From contig OZ281498.1 of NCBI GenBank assembly GCA_965637545.1, positions 8,432,001 through 8,496,000 of the forward strand: a DNA stretch of 64,000 bases, given 5' to 3'. Positions 1-11,159 of the stretch are shown here, in pieces. Numbering within the stretch: position 1 is the stretch's first letter; every line of letters starts with the position of its first letter. The translations under genes and the position numbers were made by a program. Below the pieces are notes generated by a model that ran no database searches, had not been told where the DNA came from, and was given only the letters and a program-made list of their open reading frames with translations. The DNA is from Phallusia mammillata (Eukaryota).

Positions 1-500
1 ACCCGAACCGCTAATTATGATTTCCGAAAAACCCGAACCGGAGTTGAACCCCATATTTTGTTTGGTGTTGGACCCGAACCAGTAAAAAATGCAGTCTGTT
101 TTATATTTTGTGATTTTGTAAAAACAGCGCACTGAAGAATACGAAAAATAACACTTATAGGGCTTGTCAAAAATTAACAGTACACGGGCAAAATTCTTGA
201 GTAGTTTGATAAAGTCAGGTANNNNNNNNNNNNNNNNNNNNNNNNNNNNNNNNNNNNNNNNNNNNNNNNNNNNNNNNNNNNNNNNNNNNNNNNNNNNNNN
301 NNNNNNNNNNNNNNNNNNNNNNNNNNNNNNNNNNNNNNNNNNNNNNNNNNNNNNNNNNNNNNNNNNNNNNNNNNNNNNNNNNNNNNNNNNNNNNNNNNNN
401 NNNNNNNNNNNNNNNNNNNNNNNNNNNNNNNNNNNNNNNNNNNNNNNNAAACGAAGCGAACCCGAAGCGAACCTGAACCCGTATGACAAGCGGTTCGACT
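1..500. repeat. Partial repeat rich in (A)CCCGAACC motifs, interrupted by the assembly gap; probable non-autonomous DNA transposon
   Basis: Repeated ACCCGAACCG/GGACCCGAACC/CCCGAAGCGAACC motifs on both sides of the N run. They are the reverse complement of the GGTTCGGG subterminal motifs in the element at 47874-48267. Ends are not resolvable. Confidence 0.4.
222..448. other. Assembly gap (227 N)
   Basis: Run of N from 222 to 448. Confidence 1.
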
Positions 501-745
501 CCTTGCTCAAAGTATTATGGATGTTTACAATTGACCCATACAACCACCATCATTTTCAGTTATACGCAATATTTGTTTTAAGGAACCTTATTACCTGCAG
601 GTAAAGTATTAGTTACACCTCACAAAAATGTTTCGTTTTTTAACCAGTAACTAAATTTTAAATGATTTTGAATTCATTATCACAGGTTTACATTTTTAGC
701 AAATATAATTTTGTTTCTGCTCTGCAATTTTTTTCTAAACTAAAT

Positions 746-1771
746 ATGGCCAACAACACTTCAACATTGGACGATACTTTCACGACTGTAAGTAAATCGA
801 CAATCATTGAAAAGTTCGCAGTTGGATCTGTGATTGCAATAACGGGTTATCTGACAATAACTTCGTTTGTATATCAGCTGTATTCACAACAGCAAGGCTT
901 GCAACTCAACAACCGAATTTGCACAGCCTCTTGTTTTTTGTTGCTTCTGGTGGGATTCCTTTTGATGATTGAGATTAATTTAACTGTGTTTGACACTACA
1001 GTGTGTACTTGGATAGAGAATGTGGCTGTTTTCCCAGCCAGCATTTCGTTATATCTTGTTTACTTTTCTTTGTGGCTTCGCCAGCGTTCAGTGTATAAAA
1101 CAGTTCACTCCAAGAAGGTGTGGTTGGAAAGAGCGAAGATTTTGAGCAAATTTGTTCTTGCTGGCATCACGTTTTTTACACTCCTGCAAATTGCAGCTGC
1201 ACTCACCAACAAAACGGAACATTGGCCAATAAAGAGATGCATCTCAGAACCTATCACACTTCGCTTTGTAATGGCAAGTTCAGTGGGTCTAGTTCTCTTT
1301 CAAATTTCACTTCTGATTCTGTATCTTTTACCTTTATCGACACACTACAGATTCTTGACGGGAACAAAGGGTGTCTATATTCGTAGTGCTTCGTGCACTG
1401 CAGTATGTGTAGCATCTGCAATTGCTTTCGTTTCCCTGATACAACTTTATCGTTTCTTGATATTGAACCTTGACTGGCTGACACATCCAGTTTTGGCAAG
1501 TATTGGCCTTAATTATTACATCATGAATGTCTTTGCATCGATTTTTTCTTTTCCTGATTACAAGAAACGATTGTTTCCCTTCAAGATGATTCAGATTCGA
1601 AAATTGGGAAAAGTCCATCCATCCGAAACTGCAGACAACGGTGGTGTGTGGAATGCCGAATCGCGAACAGCTGCAGGAAACGCTGAAGGAGAAAATATTG
1701 AAATGCAAGTCTTTAGTATCTCGGAGAAAATCAACAGCAAATGGGAGCCAGTGGAAATGAAAGAACAATAA
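746..1771 (+). CDS. Intronless orphan seven-transmembrane (GPCR-like) protein, 341 aa
   Basis: ORF 662-1771; likely start is Met29 at 746 (MANNTS, an N-glycosylation sequon in a short N-terminus). Seven hydrophobic segments, a Cys at the top of TM3 (CTWIE), LWLRQRSVY after TM3, FQISLLILYLLPL in TM5 and SFPDYKKRLFPF after TM7. No DRY or NPxxY. AATAAA overlaps the stop codon. Confidence 0.8.
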   Translation: MANNTSTLDDTFTTVSKSTIIEKFAVGSVIAITGYLTITSFVYQLYSQQQGLQLNNRICTASCFLLLLVGFLLMIEINLTVFDTTVCTWIENVAVFPASISLYLVYFSLWLRQRSVYKTVHSKKVWLERAKILSKFVLAGITFFTLLQIAAALTNKTEHWPIKRCISEPITLRFVMASSVGLVLFQISLLILYLLPLSTHYRFLTGTKGVYIRSASCTAVCVASAIAFVSLIQLYRFLILNLDWLTHPVLASIGLNYYIMNVFASIFSFPDYKKRLFPFKMIQIRKLGKVHPSETADNGGVWNAESRTAAGNAEGENIEMQVFSISEKINSKWEPVEMKEQ

Positions 1772-2769
1772 AAATCTGGGAGAATTTTTTCTTATTTACG
1801 AAAAATGTTTGGCTAACTAAATGTATATTTTTTGTGCATTATCAATGTGTTTAATAGTGTGCGCTGTCTGTAGCTTATCGGTTTGTTTTGGTATTTGTCT
1901 ATCGTATCTTAACATAGCCTAGATGTGGGTTGGACGTGAATAGGAACATACAACATCTGCTCAGCTGTTCAGGAATTAACCATAATTAAATGATCATTTT
2001 ACATACATGAATAAATTTTTTGTCGTCATAAGCTTTATTTCGTGAATATTTAACACAAACTGGTACAGAGCTTAGAGGCGTAACCAACGTCACTTTTATA
2101 GACCAAAAACCGATCGTTTGCTTGCGGTCGTGGCTATAGACAGATGGCTGGTAGCAAAAACTAAAATTAAAAATGTTTCTTTCGTCTGTCATCAAATACC
2201 AACTCTTTAAAAATTATTTAACATATATTTTTGCACCTTTAGAGGCAAAACAAATTAGAATCCTAAACCAAAACTTATGCAGTTTTGAATACCAGTTGCG
2301 TGCGCATGTTAAACTGTAACTCACTTGAAAGCAAAACGACATATTAGAGGTGCGGAAGGCTCCGTAAAATCAGATGATAAAACAGAAGCTAGAATAACGG
2401 GCTTTTCAGTACCCAATTTAAACTTGTATAAAAATGATAAAAGTCTAACTAGAGTCGAGACACAACCACCGCTCAACTCCGGGTCCGCGTCTCTTCGGCA
2501 AATTCGCTACCGCGCCGCAACATAGAATAGCATTTATGATGTCATAAGATAGGACGGTGCAAGAATAAAATTGTAGTAGCAGGACACAAAATAACACAGT
2601 TGAGAAATCCATGGTGCATCAGTTGGGGATAAAGATCAAGGGCATGTCGCCGTTACAAAGATAGTGTTTCGTGTACTGCGGCATATCTATCAACTGCTAT
2701 TGGATTGTTTTGTTTTAATCGTTTGTCCATTGCTTTGACCTCGTGGGCGTGGGTTGTTACCCTTAATGG

Positions 2770-4090
2770 CAGTGTTGGGGAGACTTGAGTCAGTGACTCG
2801 ACTCGAGTCACCTTTTTCAAAGACTTGACTTGACTCGAGTTTCAGCTGTGAAAAGACTCGACTTGACTTGGACTCGTCTTAGTAGAGACTCGACTCGGAC
2901 TCATTATTTTACCAACAAAACGGAAATTTCTTATCATGGATAACCTGTTCAGCCGGCTTCAACCAAACAACAACAGCACTTTGATGTGCTGTGCGATGCG
3001 AAGCTATTTTTGCTTAATTTTAACGTAACGAAGTCGCTGCTACATGCACAAACTTTTTAACTCTGGCATTAAGCATTGTGCTTATTGCTTGTTTTAAGGT
3101 ATGCGAATGTAGTACACGCCAAGGCCAAGTATTCGCTTTTAAGCGCTTATATTACTGTACAAACGCTCTAGCTAGCGCATGCAGTAAAAATATTTTTGGG
3201 TTTTCAAAATTGACGTTCTACTCCAAGCTGTTTAATGAGTGTCAATTAACGTGTTTCATTAAAGTTGGCCCTATACTCCAGGGCTACTCAATTAGTTACG
3301 TCAAAAGTCCAGATAGAAAAGGTAAAAATTACCAAGGGTCCGGACACTTCTGTCAGAAATGCAAATGCAACGTGTCTTAGCCTATTTGGTTATAGCTAAT
3401 GTGCACAATCGCGGTCAGAATACATTTTATCTGGTTTTACAGGATTGCTTCGTAAGGTAATGATTTAAAATTCCGTTTATTAAATCACAGATACAATTAT
3501 GCGCAAACAACCGCCGCTTTGTTAAATGTATAGTGAAATAATCGACCATTTTTTCGTCATAGTTGGACAATCTGAACTCACATAAGATTTTGGCAGGACT
3601 TTAGGCTCCTCGCAGACTGCCGATCAATCGTTATGCCGACCCCAGTTTAAAAAGTGCCTCTACATAGCATTGTTTAGTTAATTAACACACAAATGTTGCC
3701 GTAATCAAAAGACCGTCGAGGTCCACATCGAACGCCTCAAAGGTCCGGATATGGACCGCGGTCCGCCGTTTGAGTAGCCCTGCTATACTCTAAGAAAGGG
3801 ACGTTGATGGGATTTGTTCACTGTAATAAAGTGGGGTCCGTAAAAAAGTCGCGATGAACCATTCAAATAGATTAATTATCCAAACCTTTAACCTTTCCTT
3901 GCAAAAACATTTGGGGACTTGCCTTGACTCGAACCACTAATCACTTGACTTGACTTGAGACTCGAACCTCATTTGACTCGACCCGACTTGAGACTCGAAC
4001 CCCTTCTGACTTGACTTGACTTGGGACTCGAACCCATACTGACTTGACTTGACTTGAGACTCGACTAAAAGGACTCGTTACCTAACCCTG
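2770..4090. mobile_element. Non-autonomous hAT-type element, 1321 bp
   Basis: 8-bp TSD CTTAATGG (2762-2769 and 4091-4098). Imperfect TIRs CAGTGTTGGGG / CCTAACCCTG. Subterminal GACTCGA/GACTTGA arrays at both ends. Confidence 0.9.
3279..3782. mobile_element. hAT MITE nested in the 2770-4090 element, 504 bp
   Basis: Perfect 12-bp TIR CAGGGCTACTCA / TGAGTAGCCCTG. Perfect TSD CTATACTC (3271-3278 and 3783-3790). Confidence 0.92.
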
Positions 4091-6327
4091 CTTAATGGTG
4101 ATTCAGATTAGCAAAATTGGAAAAAGTTCGTTCCTCCGAAGCAGTCAACAATGGTGTGAAAAAATCAGCTGCAAATCAGAGCCAGTCCAAATTAACAAGT
4201 GATGAAAAATATTTATATTATATCTTGTTTTTGCGAATCTTTTTTGGTGGACGACTTCATGACAAACCTTATTGACCGAGGGCGCATGCTGTATCTTTAA
4301 CTTCATAAACAAGACCCATTGAACCCAGAAGACTTATCATTTACTGCAGTGTTTGTTAACCTTTTTACCGCTCGTACCCTTTAAGCTTTCATGAAATTTT
4401 CTCGTACCTCCTGTCTACAATGGCCGACGCAAAGAAAATTGTAATAATAGGAATTAAACTCAGTGTATTTATAACTTGCATGTTCAATGCATGCATTAAC
4501 ACAGTATTGTAAGTAGTGCAAACCAACCCGTTCTAAACATATAACAAAGTAACTTGTTACACATTCTTCACAAATATGCCAAATTAGCGTATAATTTCAC
4601 GCTACATTTCGTACCCCCGTTTTACAACAAATTTATTGCAATTTGTACATTTTTATGTAACAAGGTGGCCGCCGTTGATGTTTGTTCGACCATCAAAAAA
4701 ACAGTGCGTCATCAGTCTTGTACACATTCGCTTTGACGTAACATGTGAGACCAAAACGATAATAAATAACAAATCATCAGAAATAATTATTGTTAAGAAA
4801 TGAAAGCGTTAAGCATTGTCACCGAGATACCATATCTACCACAATAGGACATGCTACTAAGGTTTTAATCGCACGATTTATGTAATATAGCTATGGGTTG
4901 CCTAATATAAAGGTTGTTTTGTTTGTTTTAAGCCCGCAAAAACTGATTGATTGCAACATCGTTTGTGAAAAAACAAACTAAATAGAACTATTCAGGACGT
5001 TTTTAAACACTACAAATTCTTTCTCAAATCAAAAACCTACAAAACGGAGTAACGCTTACATGCAGTACATTTAAGGTTAAAATAACGTATTTTCGTTTCA
5101 ACACAAGTTCCGTTTTTGTTTTGTGTAAACTTATTTCACTCACCTCAAGCAAGCGAAACCACAACATCGAACTATAGTAACCTTTGCAATCACGTAAGTA
5201 ATTATACCCGATGACCTAATCTACTTGTGTGCTACAAAAAACATAGCGTCACTGACCAAGTAATGAGAAAAGCAGTATTCTATGCTGCCTCCCGTACCTC
5301 AAGACTGCATGACACAGTGTTGTTTATAAGTAGCAGTTGATTTCAGATTATTTGTGTGGTTTCTTGCGATTGTTTGCACAAAAATTCAGGATTCTTCTTA
5401 GCTTAGTCATTGTTCATACAATCAGACGTACAATGAATCAGACCTACAAATACTTTTGGGGTATTACCCTGTGATTTTGTGGTATTTATTAAGCGAGGTT
5501 TCAGTGAAACAGACATTTAGAACTTCAACACACACACACATGTGTTGTTAGAACAGCGCTTATCAGAGTACGCAAACTTTAAGAACAGGTATTGTATTGA
5601 AGTCAAGAAATTGTGGCTGTAATTTTCAATTACATAGCTGTAGCTCGATAAAGTTAGCCAATCGTAGACTCATAAGTAACTAGAAGTACAGTGTCGTTGG
5701 TACGAAATTTGGTTAAACTAGTAATTTGTGTTTCAAAAGTGTTTAACATTTGGGCTTGCTAGCTAGATACATGTAATTAAAACAGTGTCTAATACACTTC
5801 TAGTGAAAAACAAGCAGCCAACTTTTATGTGAATATAATTTGAGTTTTCTGACTATATACACGCATGGATTGTTCAAAATGTGTTTTGAACGTGTTTTTT
5901 CTCAAAACAATTTACTCGACAAACTGGGCAAACTGTTTTGTTTCAACATAGCGGAACAGCTACCTCGTGTTAATTCTGATAAACTAAATTCAACTAGCGG
6001 GGAAGTCAAACACAGGCGCTTGGTCTGCGCAATTCTGAGTCACGTGCAGTCGTGACGTGTATAGCAACTGGCGTGTCGTAGGCGTGACCGCGCAACTGAA
6101 GTTGCAAATGTTCGTGTGACTTTAAGTTTTTTGTCAGACGGGAAAGTACACGCTATTTAAAAACGCTCACAGCATTCTTTGTTATAATAGCCTGGTAGTG
6201 GTTAGAACAGAACGCCGTTCTTAACTGGTTTACTTGTTTTCAACATGCAGCACTATTTTTCATCTCAATTAACTTGTTAAGCTAGTTTGTTACCACTACT
6301 AACTACTGTCAGTTGCACAACTAAAGC

Positions 6328-8412
6328 ATGACATCAGCTGTTATGTTACGTCACAATGAAGAATATTCCGTCACAATCGAGGAAGACAATGCGTCGGAAA
6401 TTGTAAACAATATCATGATACCTAATCGAAATGTGATGCCCATTACGACTGAAACTTACAGAAACGAGCATGGGATGTTAGTATCAACTGTCCCCTGCTC
6501 ATGGGATGAAGCCAAAAGAAAGCTAAATGCCGGGGATCTTCTGTTCGGAAGGTTAGAATTGTTAGATTGAAGTTAGCAGTCCAATCTATGTTGATTTTCA
6601 AACGGTATTCATTTGTACAGCAAATTTAGATAAATAATAAGGTGAAACAATTTTGTCATGGGTGTCATTACCTAATAGAGAGAATGTTTTCGTACCAAAC
6701 CATACTGTTGTTTTAGGCGTTAATACAGAAACTAGCGTTCCTTTTTTCGGCATAATTTTTAAACTTATATTTTAAAATAACTTTTACATTACATAATATC
6801 GGGATTTTTCACAGCGCTATTACGGAACATATCCTAATAATTACTAAAATAATTGTGACAAATAGATTTTGTCAACATCTTTTGTGCAACTCGTTAATTG
6901 CGATTTTAACATCTTATTAATGCAAACTTTTTATCTCAACATTATTTACACGACACAGATCACCCGAGGGAGCAAGGATTTACAGAAATGCTTTGACCAG
7001 GATTAAAACGGATTGGGATTCAGTGGACAGTTATTGCAAGCACCGTTTCCTTGGTTACGAATACGCCACTAAAACTCGACAAGCGAACGGGGAACCACCA
7101 AGAATGGTAAACTACGTGAAAGAAGATGCAACTCCAGGTTAGAAGACATTTTTGTGTTGTTCATAAAAATAAAGCGTATTTTTTGTATAAACGTCATATT
7201 TTTTTTCTTTATTAAAACTGTTACTGTTTAAAGCACTTGTACTATTTTCAACTTTGACACAAAAAATGTGCAAGCTTAACGAGATGTTTGAAAAACAATG
7301 TGCACTAAGAAGCCTATAATTTTACAATATGTGTTGCAAAATACGCAACAGAACACTGTTCACAATTCGTCATAAGCGGCTGTGTATTTTTGACGTGAAT
7401 ATTTTGACCCTAATGGACCTCATTAATTGTTAAAAAGCATTACATTCAGCACCCAAATTTTGATGAAAAAGATTACAACATGTTCAGCACGCAATAAAAG
7501 CTGCTACATCAGAGTTGTAAGTCACATATTGTGCACCGAAAAACACCTTATTTCAGACGATATAGGCCAGGGGTTCCCAACCGTTTTACGATCTCGTACC
7601 ACTTGGACTCTCTTTGCTGCCACGCGTACCACTTCTTGCAGAACAACTAATTTGATCATATTTTAGTTGGAAGCGGAATATTAGCCTGCTAAAATAACAA
7701 TAAAGCACTACAACTAAATTGAATTAGATTTTTGTTTACTGTCCACCAATTGGTCAACAAAACCAGATGAACAAAATATAAAGTTGTAAATCCAGGTTTT
7801 TGTGGGGAAAAAACTGAAGCTACTCGCGTACCACCTGAAAAACCTTCGCGTACCACAGATTGGGAACTCTTGATATAGGCTTAAGATTTTAGCGGGTAGG
7901 GTTTATACAGATAAACGTAGGGATTAACGCAGCAATTTGATAAATACAATGTAAGTGAAATACTGTACTAGCGATGTAAGTGAAATTACCCAACAAACAT
8001 GACTTTACCAATTGGGCTAGCTTGAATTCAGCCTGATTTTTTAAGAATACTTGAGCTTGAAGTCCTAAACCTGGCCCAAAACCGACCGTAATACGTCCTT
8101 AAAGGTCTACGTATCCTTTATGTAGAACAACTTTATTTTACAGGCCGCCAAATCGCTCTGGTGAAAAACGACTTTCCTTACAATCTTACAAATGAAATGA
8201 TCCACTACACAATTTGGGCAACCGGAAGTCAGCCTACGTCATCATACGTCAGTGCCATAGAAATGATGTTTCCTTCAACGCGTTACGAAGTTTTGCTTTT
8301 CGAAAATTTGAACAAAAACAAGTCGGTAAAAACTGTCGAGCACTCCCATCTTTACGTTCGAAAGCGACCAAGCATTGTTACGTCACATAACGTAATGCGC
8401 GCGTCGCTTTAA
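6328..8412 (+). CDS. DUF3605 / GIG1-family HIT-like protein, copy 1 (223 aa, 3 exons)
   Basis: join(6328-6551,6959-7137,8144-8412); GT-AG introns of phase 2 and 1, 672 nt. Family motifs: SWDEAK..LLFGRSPEGARIY, IKTDWDSVDSYC, KNDFPYNL...IHYTIW, FENLNKNKSVKTVEHSHLYV. Family assignment is by motif recognition, not a search. Confidence 0.85.
7568..7872. mobile_element. hAT MITE in intron 2 of DUF3605 copy 1, 305 bp
   Basis: Left TIR CAGGGGTTCCCAACC; degenerate right TIR GATTGGGAACTCTTG. TSD ATATAGGC (7560-7567 and 7873-7880). Confidence 0.88.
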
Positions 8413-9276
8413 CTTGAATTATTTGTTTTTATTTTATTTATTTATTTATGTCCGACTGTCAAAAAAATAGTTTTGTTTGTTTATTTACGTCGTGCAAAAT
8501 ACAACAAAAAACGTATTTCTTGCAGAAAAAACATTTAAATTCAACACCATGCACTAGCCGATTTAATAACGATTGATTCAGAAATGCAGTTTTTACCTTT
8601 TAATAGTTTTGTTTGTAAGAAGTAAAACAATCATAAAACAATTTTAATGTTTTAGAATCTGAACCTTAATGTTTGACTTTGTCGTCTGTAACATACTATA
8701 GTAATAAACTGCATTCAAAGTGCATTTTTAAATGCCTAAATTTTCGACACATATAGTTAGTAATTCTGTCTCTGATTTCAAAACCTTTACGTGATCAAAA
8801 AACAAACACACCCACTGTATCCTATTTTATTAAATACTTCCAACCTTACAAACGTGACGTGTTACACCAGCTGTGCAAAAACGTGCGGTGACGCAATGGT
8901 TATAAAAATACTATTAACGCTTCTTTTTTAGCTATGGCATAAAAAGTCATGGAAAGCCAAAACGAAATAGCAAAACGCAACGTTGGAGTTAATGTGTTTT
9001 GGAAGGTCAGGAAATAGCCTTAGCTGTCTGTGTTTAGGTTACGTATGTTGGTTGCACATTTAAACAGTCAAACGTTCAATTCATTTAAGGAATTTTAGTT
9101 TTAACATAACAGTACCTTCAGTTTCGTAGCCAACATTAAAGTGCATAGTTTAGGGTAACTGCATATCATTTGGTCAAAAAAAGTAAAGCTATTTCTCATC
9201 ATCACGAAATGTAAATCTACGCGTTTAGTTTTGTGTTGACTTATTCTTGTGTACAGGCACTACTGTATTCTGTGAA

Positions 9277-9672
9277 CAGGGGTGCCATACCGTCCTTATT
9301 TCTAAGATTTGTCCTTATTTTGAAGGGCAATGTCTTAAAATGGAAAAATGTAAAATGCATTTTCCTTATTTACAAGAAATTTCCTTGTTTTTGACGTGAG
9401 TTCTGATTTTGTCTTATTTTCAACACTTACAAGTCAAATCCATGCTGCAAGCAAAAGTAAACCTATAGACCGGAGCTGTCGTGAGATGCACGAAGTATTT
9501 TCTACGAACAAGAAGTTGCTGGAACAGATTGTTAGTGGCAAAAAATATGTCATATGACATGTCATGGCTTTTATAAATACAAAAAATGGTTCCAAAATGT
9601 TTGTTTCATTACATGTGAAATTTTAATTTTTCGATTGTTCTTATTTTAGGGTCCATGTCGATGGCAACCCTG
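9277..9672. mobile_element. hAT MITE family A (CAGGGTTGCCA...TGGCAACCCTG), 396 bp
   Basis: TIRs CAGGGGTGCCA / TGGCAACCCTG; diverged TSD TCTGTGAA / TCTATGGA. Internal sequence matches the copies at 56122-56459 and 57916-58553. Confidence 0.85.
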
Positions 9673-9869
9673 TCTATGGAGCATAAATTTTGTTGACTTT
9701 TTAGTAGCAAAAACTGAGTGTATCCCCGTTCGCCTGTAATGCACAGGAAATACGTGATGTAGTCTGTCTGTTGTGGTAAAAAAGCTTAGTTTGCCTCGCA
9801 AGCGTGTGTACATTGTGCAGCAACTGTTCGTAGATTTCATTAAACTAAATGCAAATTATGACGTAATCT

Positions 9870-10046
9870 CAAATATATGCTCCATAGACAGGGTTGCCAT
9901 CGACATGAACCCTAAAATAAGAACAATCGAAAAATTAAAATTTCACATGTAATGAAACAAACGTTTTGGAACCATTTTTTGTATTTATAAGAGTCATGAC
10001 ACGTCATATGAAATATTTTTTGTCAGTAGCAATCTGTTCCCAGCAA
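9870..10046 (-). repeat. Inverted duplication of 9516-9692 (fold-back arm)
   Basis: Near-exact reverse complement of the 3' part of the MITE at 9277-9672 plus about 20 bp of its flank (TCTATGGAGCATA). Spacer is about 177 bp. Confidence 0.9.
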
Positions 10047-10817
10047 TGTCAGCGCCGTCATTCAAGCTTGCCCATAGTCCAATGCTTTTCCGGCCATTTT
10101 TTCTGCCGACGGAAATTAGTCGTTTAAGCGCAGTTCTAAATAATGGTTGTGTTGAAGTTTTGTTAAATGGTTCAGTTGAAACTGCAACTGGCGAAAGGCT
10201 CAGTTAAAGCAAAGTGTGGGTTTAGGCAAGAATAGAAGACAATACATGGTTTGCAAATAGTTTCTAAGTTGCTATGTCAACTCGCTTTCGAGCGTAGCGG
10301 TCGCGTGCTTTCAAATCATCATTTTGGCACTTTGGTTTGGCTAAGCATGAAGTAATGCAAAATTTTACCTATGCAAGCATGACTTTTCGTTCCCATGGAA
10401 AATATATGTTGTTTGAGGTGTGTGGCATTGAGCGGTGTAACTTTATTGTACCGTGTGTTCTCATGAATCAAAATACTTAGAAGAAGTCCATATTCAGTGT
10501 AGTTGTTCCCTCAGTGTTACATGTTCCTGACTTCCTGTTTTAAACAGTCTGCCATAAGATGGGCAGTTGCATAAACCAGGTATGTCGAGATAGTTGCAGC
10601 AAGTGTTACAAATCATAATAATGAACTTACTCGCTACTGCAGACGACCGATGCAAACCACCAGAAGCAGAAGAAACAACAAGCTTCCGAGTAAAGAATAA
10701 CATAGCCCAGGAAGCTCAGCTGACGCAGGAGAACATTTCCAAACTAATGGTCAGCTCAAGACCTTGTTATTCAATGCTGGAACTCCGCGCACGCGCACTT
10801 GTGCCTAAACCATCTTA

Positions 10818-11071
10818 TATGGGTTACACTGAGTCATTCGAATATGTCACACAAATGTAGAGAAACGCACACGAAACAATAACCGTTGTAGGTTGCAGAT
10901 TTAGACTTATTTTGTCTTGTGTTACAGGTAAAATAAGGGGTTATTATGGGTTACACTGTGTCATTCGAATATGTCACACAAATGTAGAGTAACGCACATG
11001 AAACAATAGCCGTTGTAGGTTGCAGATTTAGCCGTATTTTATCTTGTTTTGCAGCAAAAATAAGGGGTTAA
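10818..11071 (+). repeat. Tandem duplication of a 127-bp unit
   Basis: TATGGGTTACACTG(A/T)GTCATTCGAATATGTCACACAAATGTAGAG...AAATAAGGGGTTA starts at 10818 and again at 10945. Confidence 0.9.
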
Positions 11072-11159
11072 CTAAAAATCGTTGGAAAGTTTGTGGTTAA
11101 TAATTTTCTACATGTAACTGCCCTTTGCACCCGACTAAACAGGGATCAAAGTCCGTACA

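Larger units (their letters stand above)
2663..4202 (+). pseudogene. Relic of a paralogue of the 7TM gene (TM6 to C-terminus), split by a hAT insertion
   Basis: 2663-2700 AGTGTTTCGTGTACTGCGGCATATCTATCAACTGCTATTG aligns with 1385-1425 AGTGCTTCGTGCACTGCAGTATGTGTAGCATCTGCAATTG. Removing 2770-4090 and one TSD gives GLLPLMVIQISKIGKS...EKISCKSEPVQINK*, against RLFPFKMIQIRKLGKV...EKINSKWEPVEMKEQ* in the intact gene. Confidence 0.75.

Noticed and set aside
164-604. 146-aa ORF in the track
   Set aside because: Open only because it crosses the 227-N gap.
1120-1768. Alternative-frame and antisense ORFs overlapping the 7TM gene
   Set aside because: Shadows of the coding sequence with no recognisable features.
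2770-4090. Regular GACTCGA/GACTTGA arrays resembling a CRISPR or satellite array
   Set aside because: No unique spacers; they are subterminal repeats of a TIR/TSD-bounded element in a eukaryotic genome.
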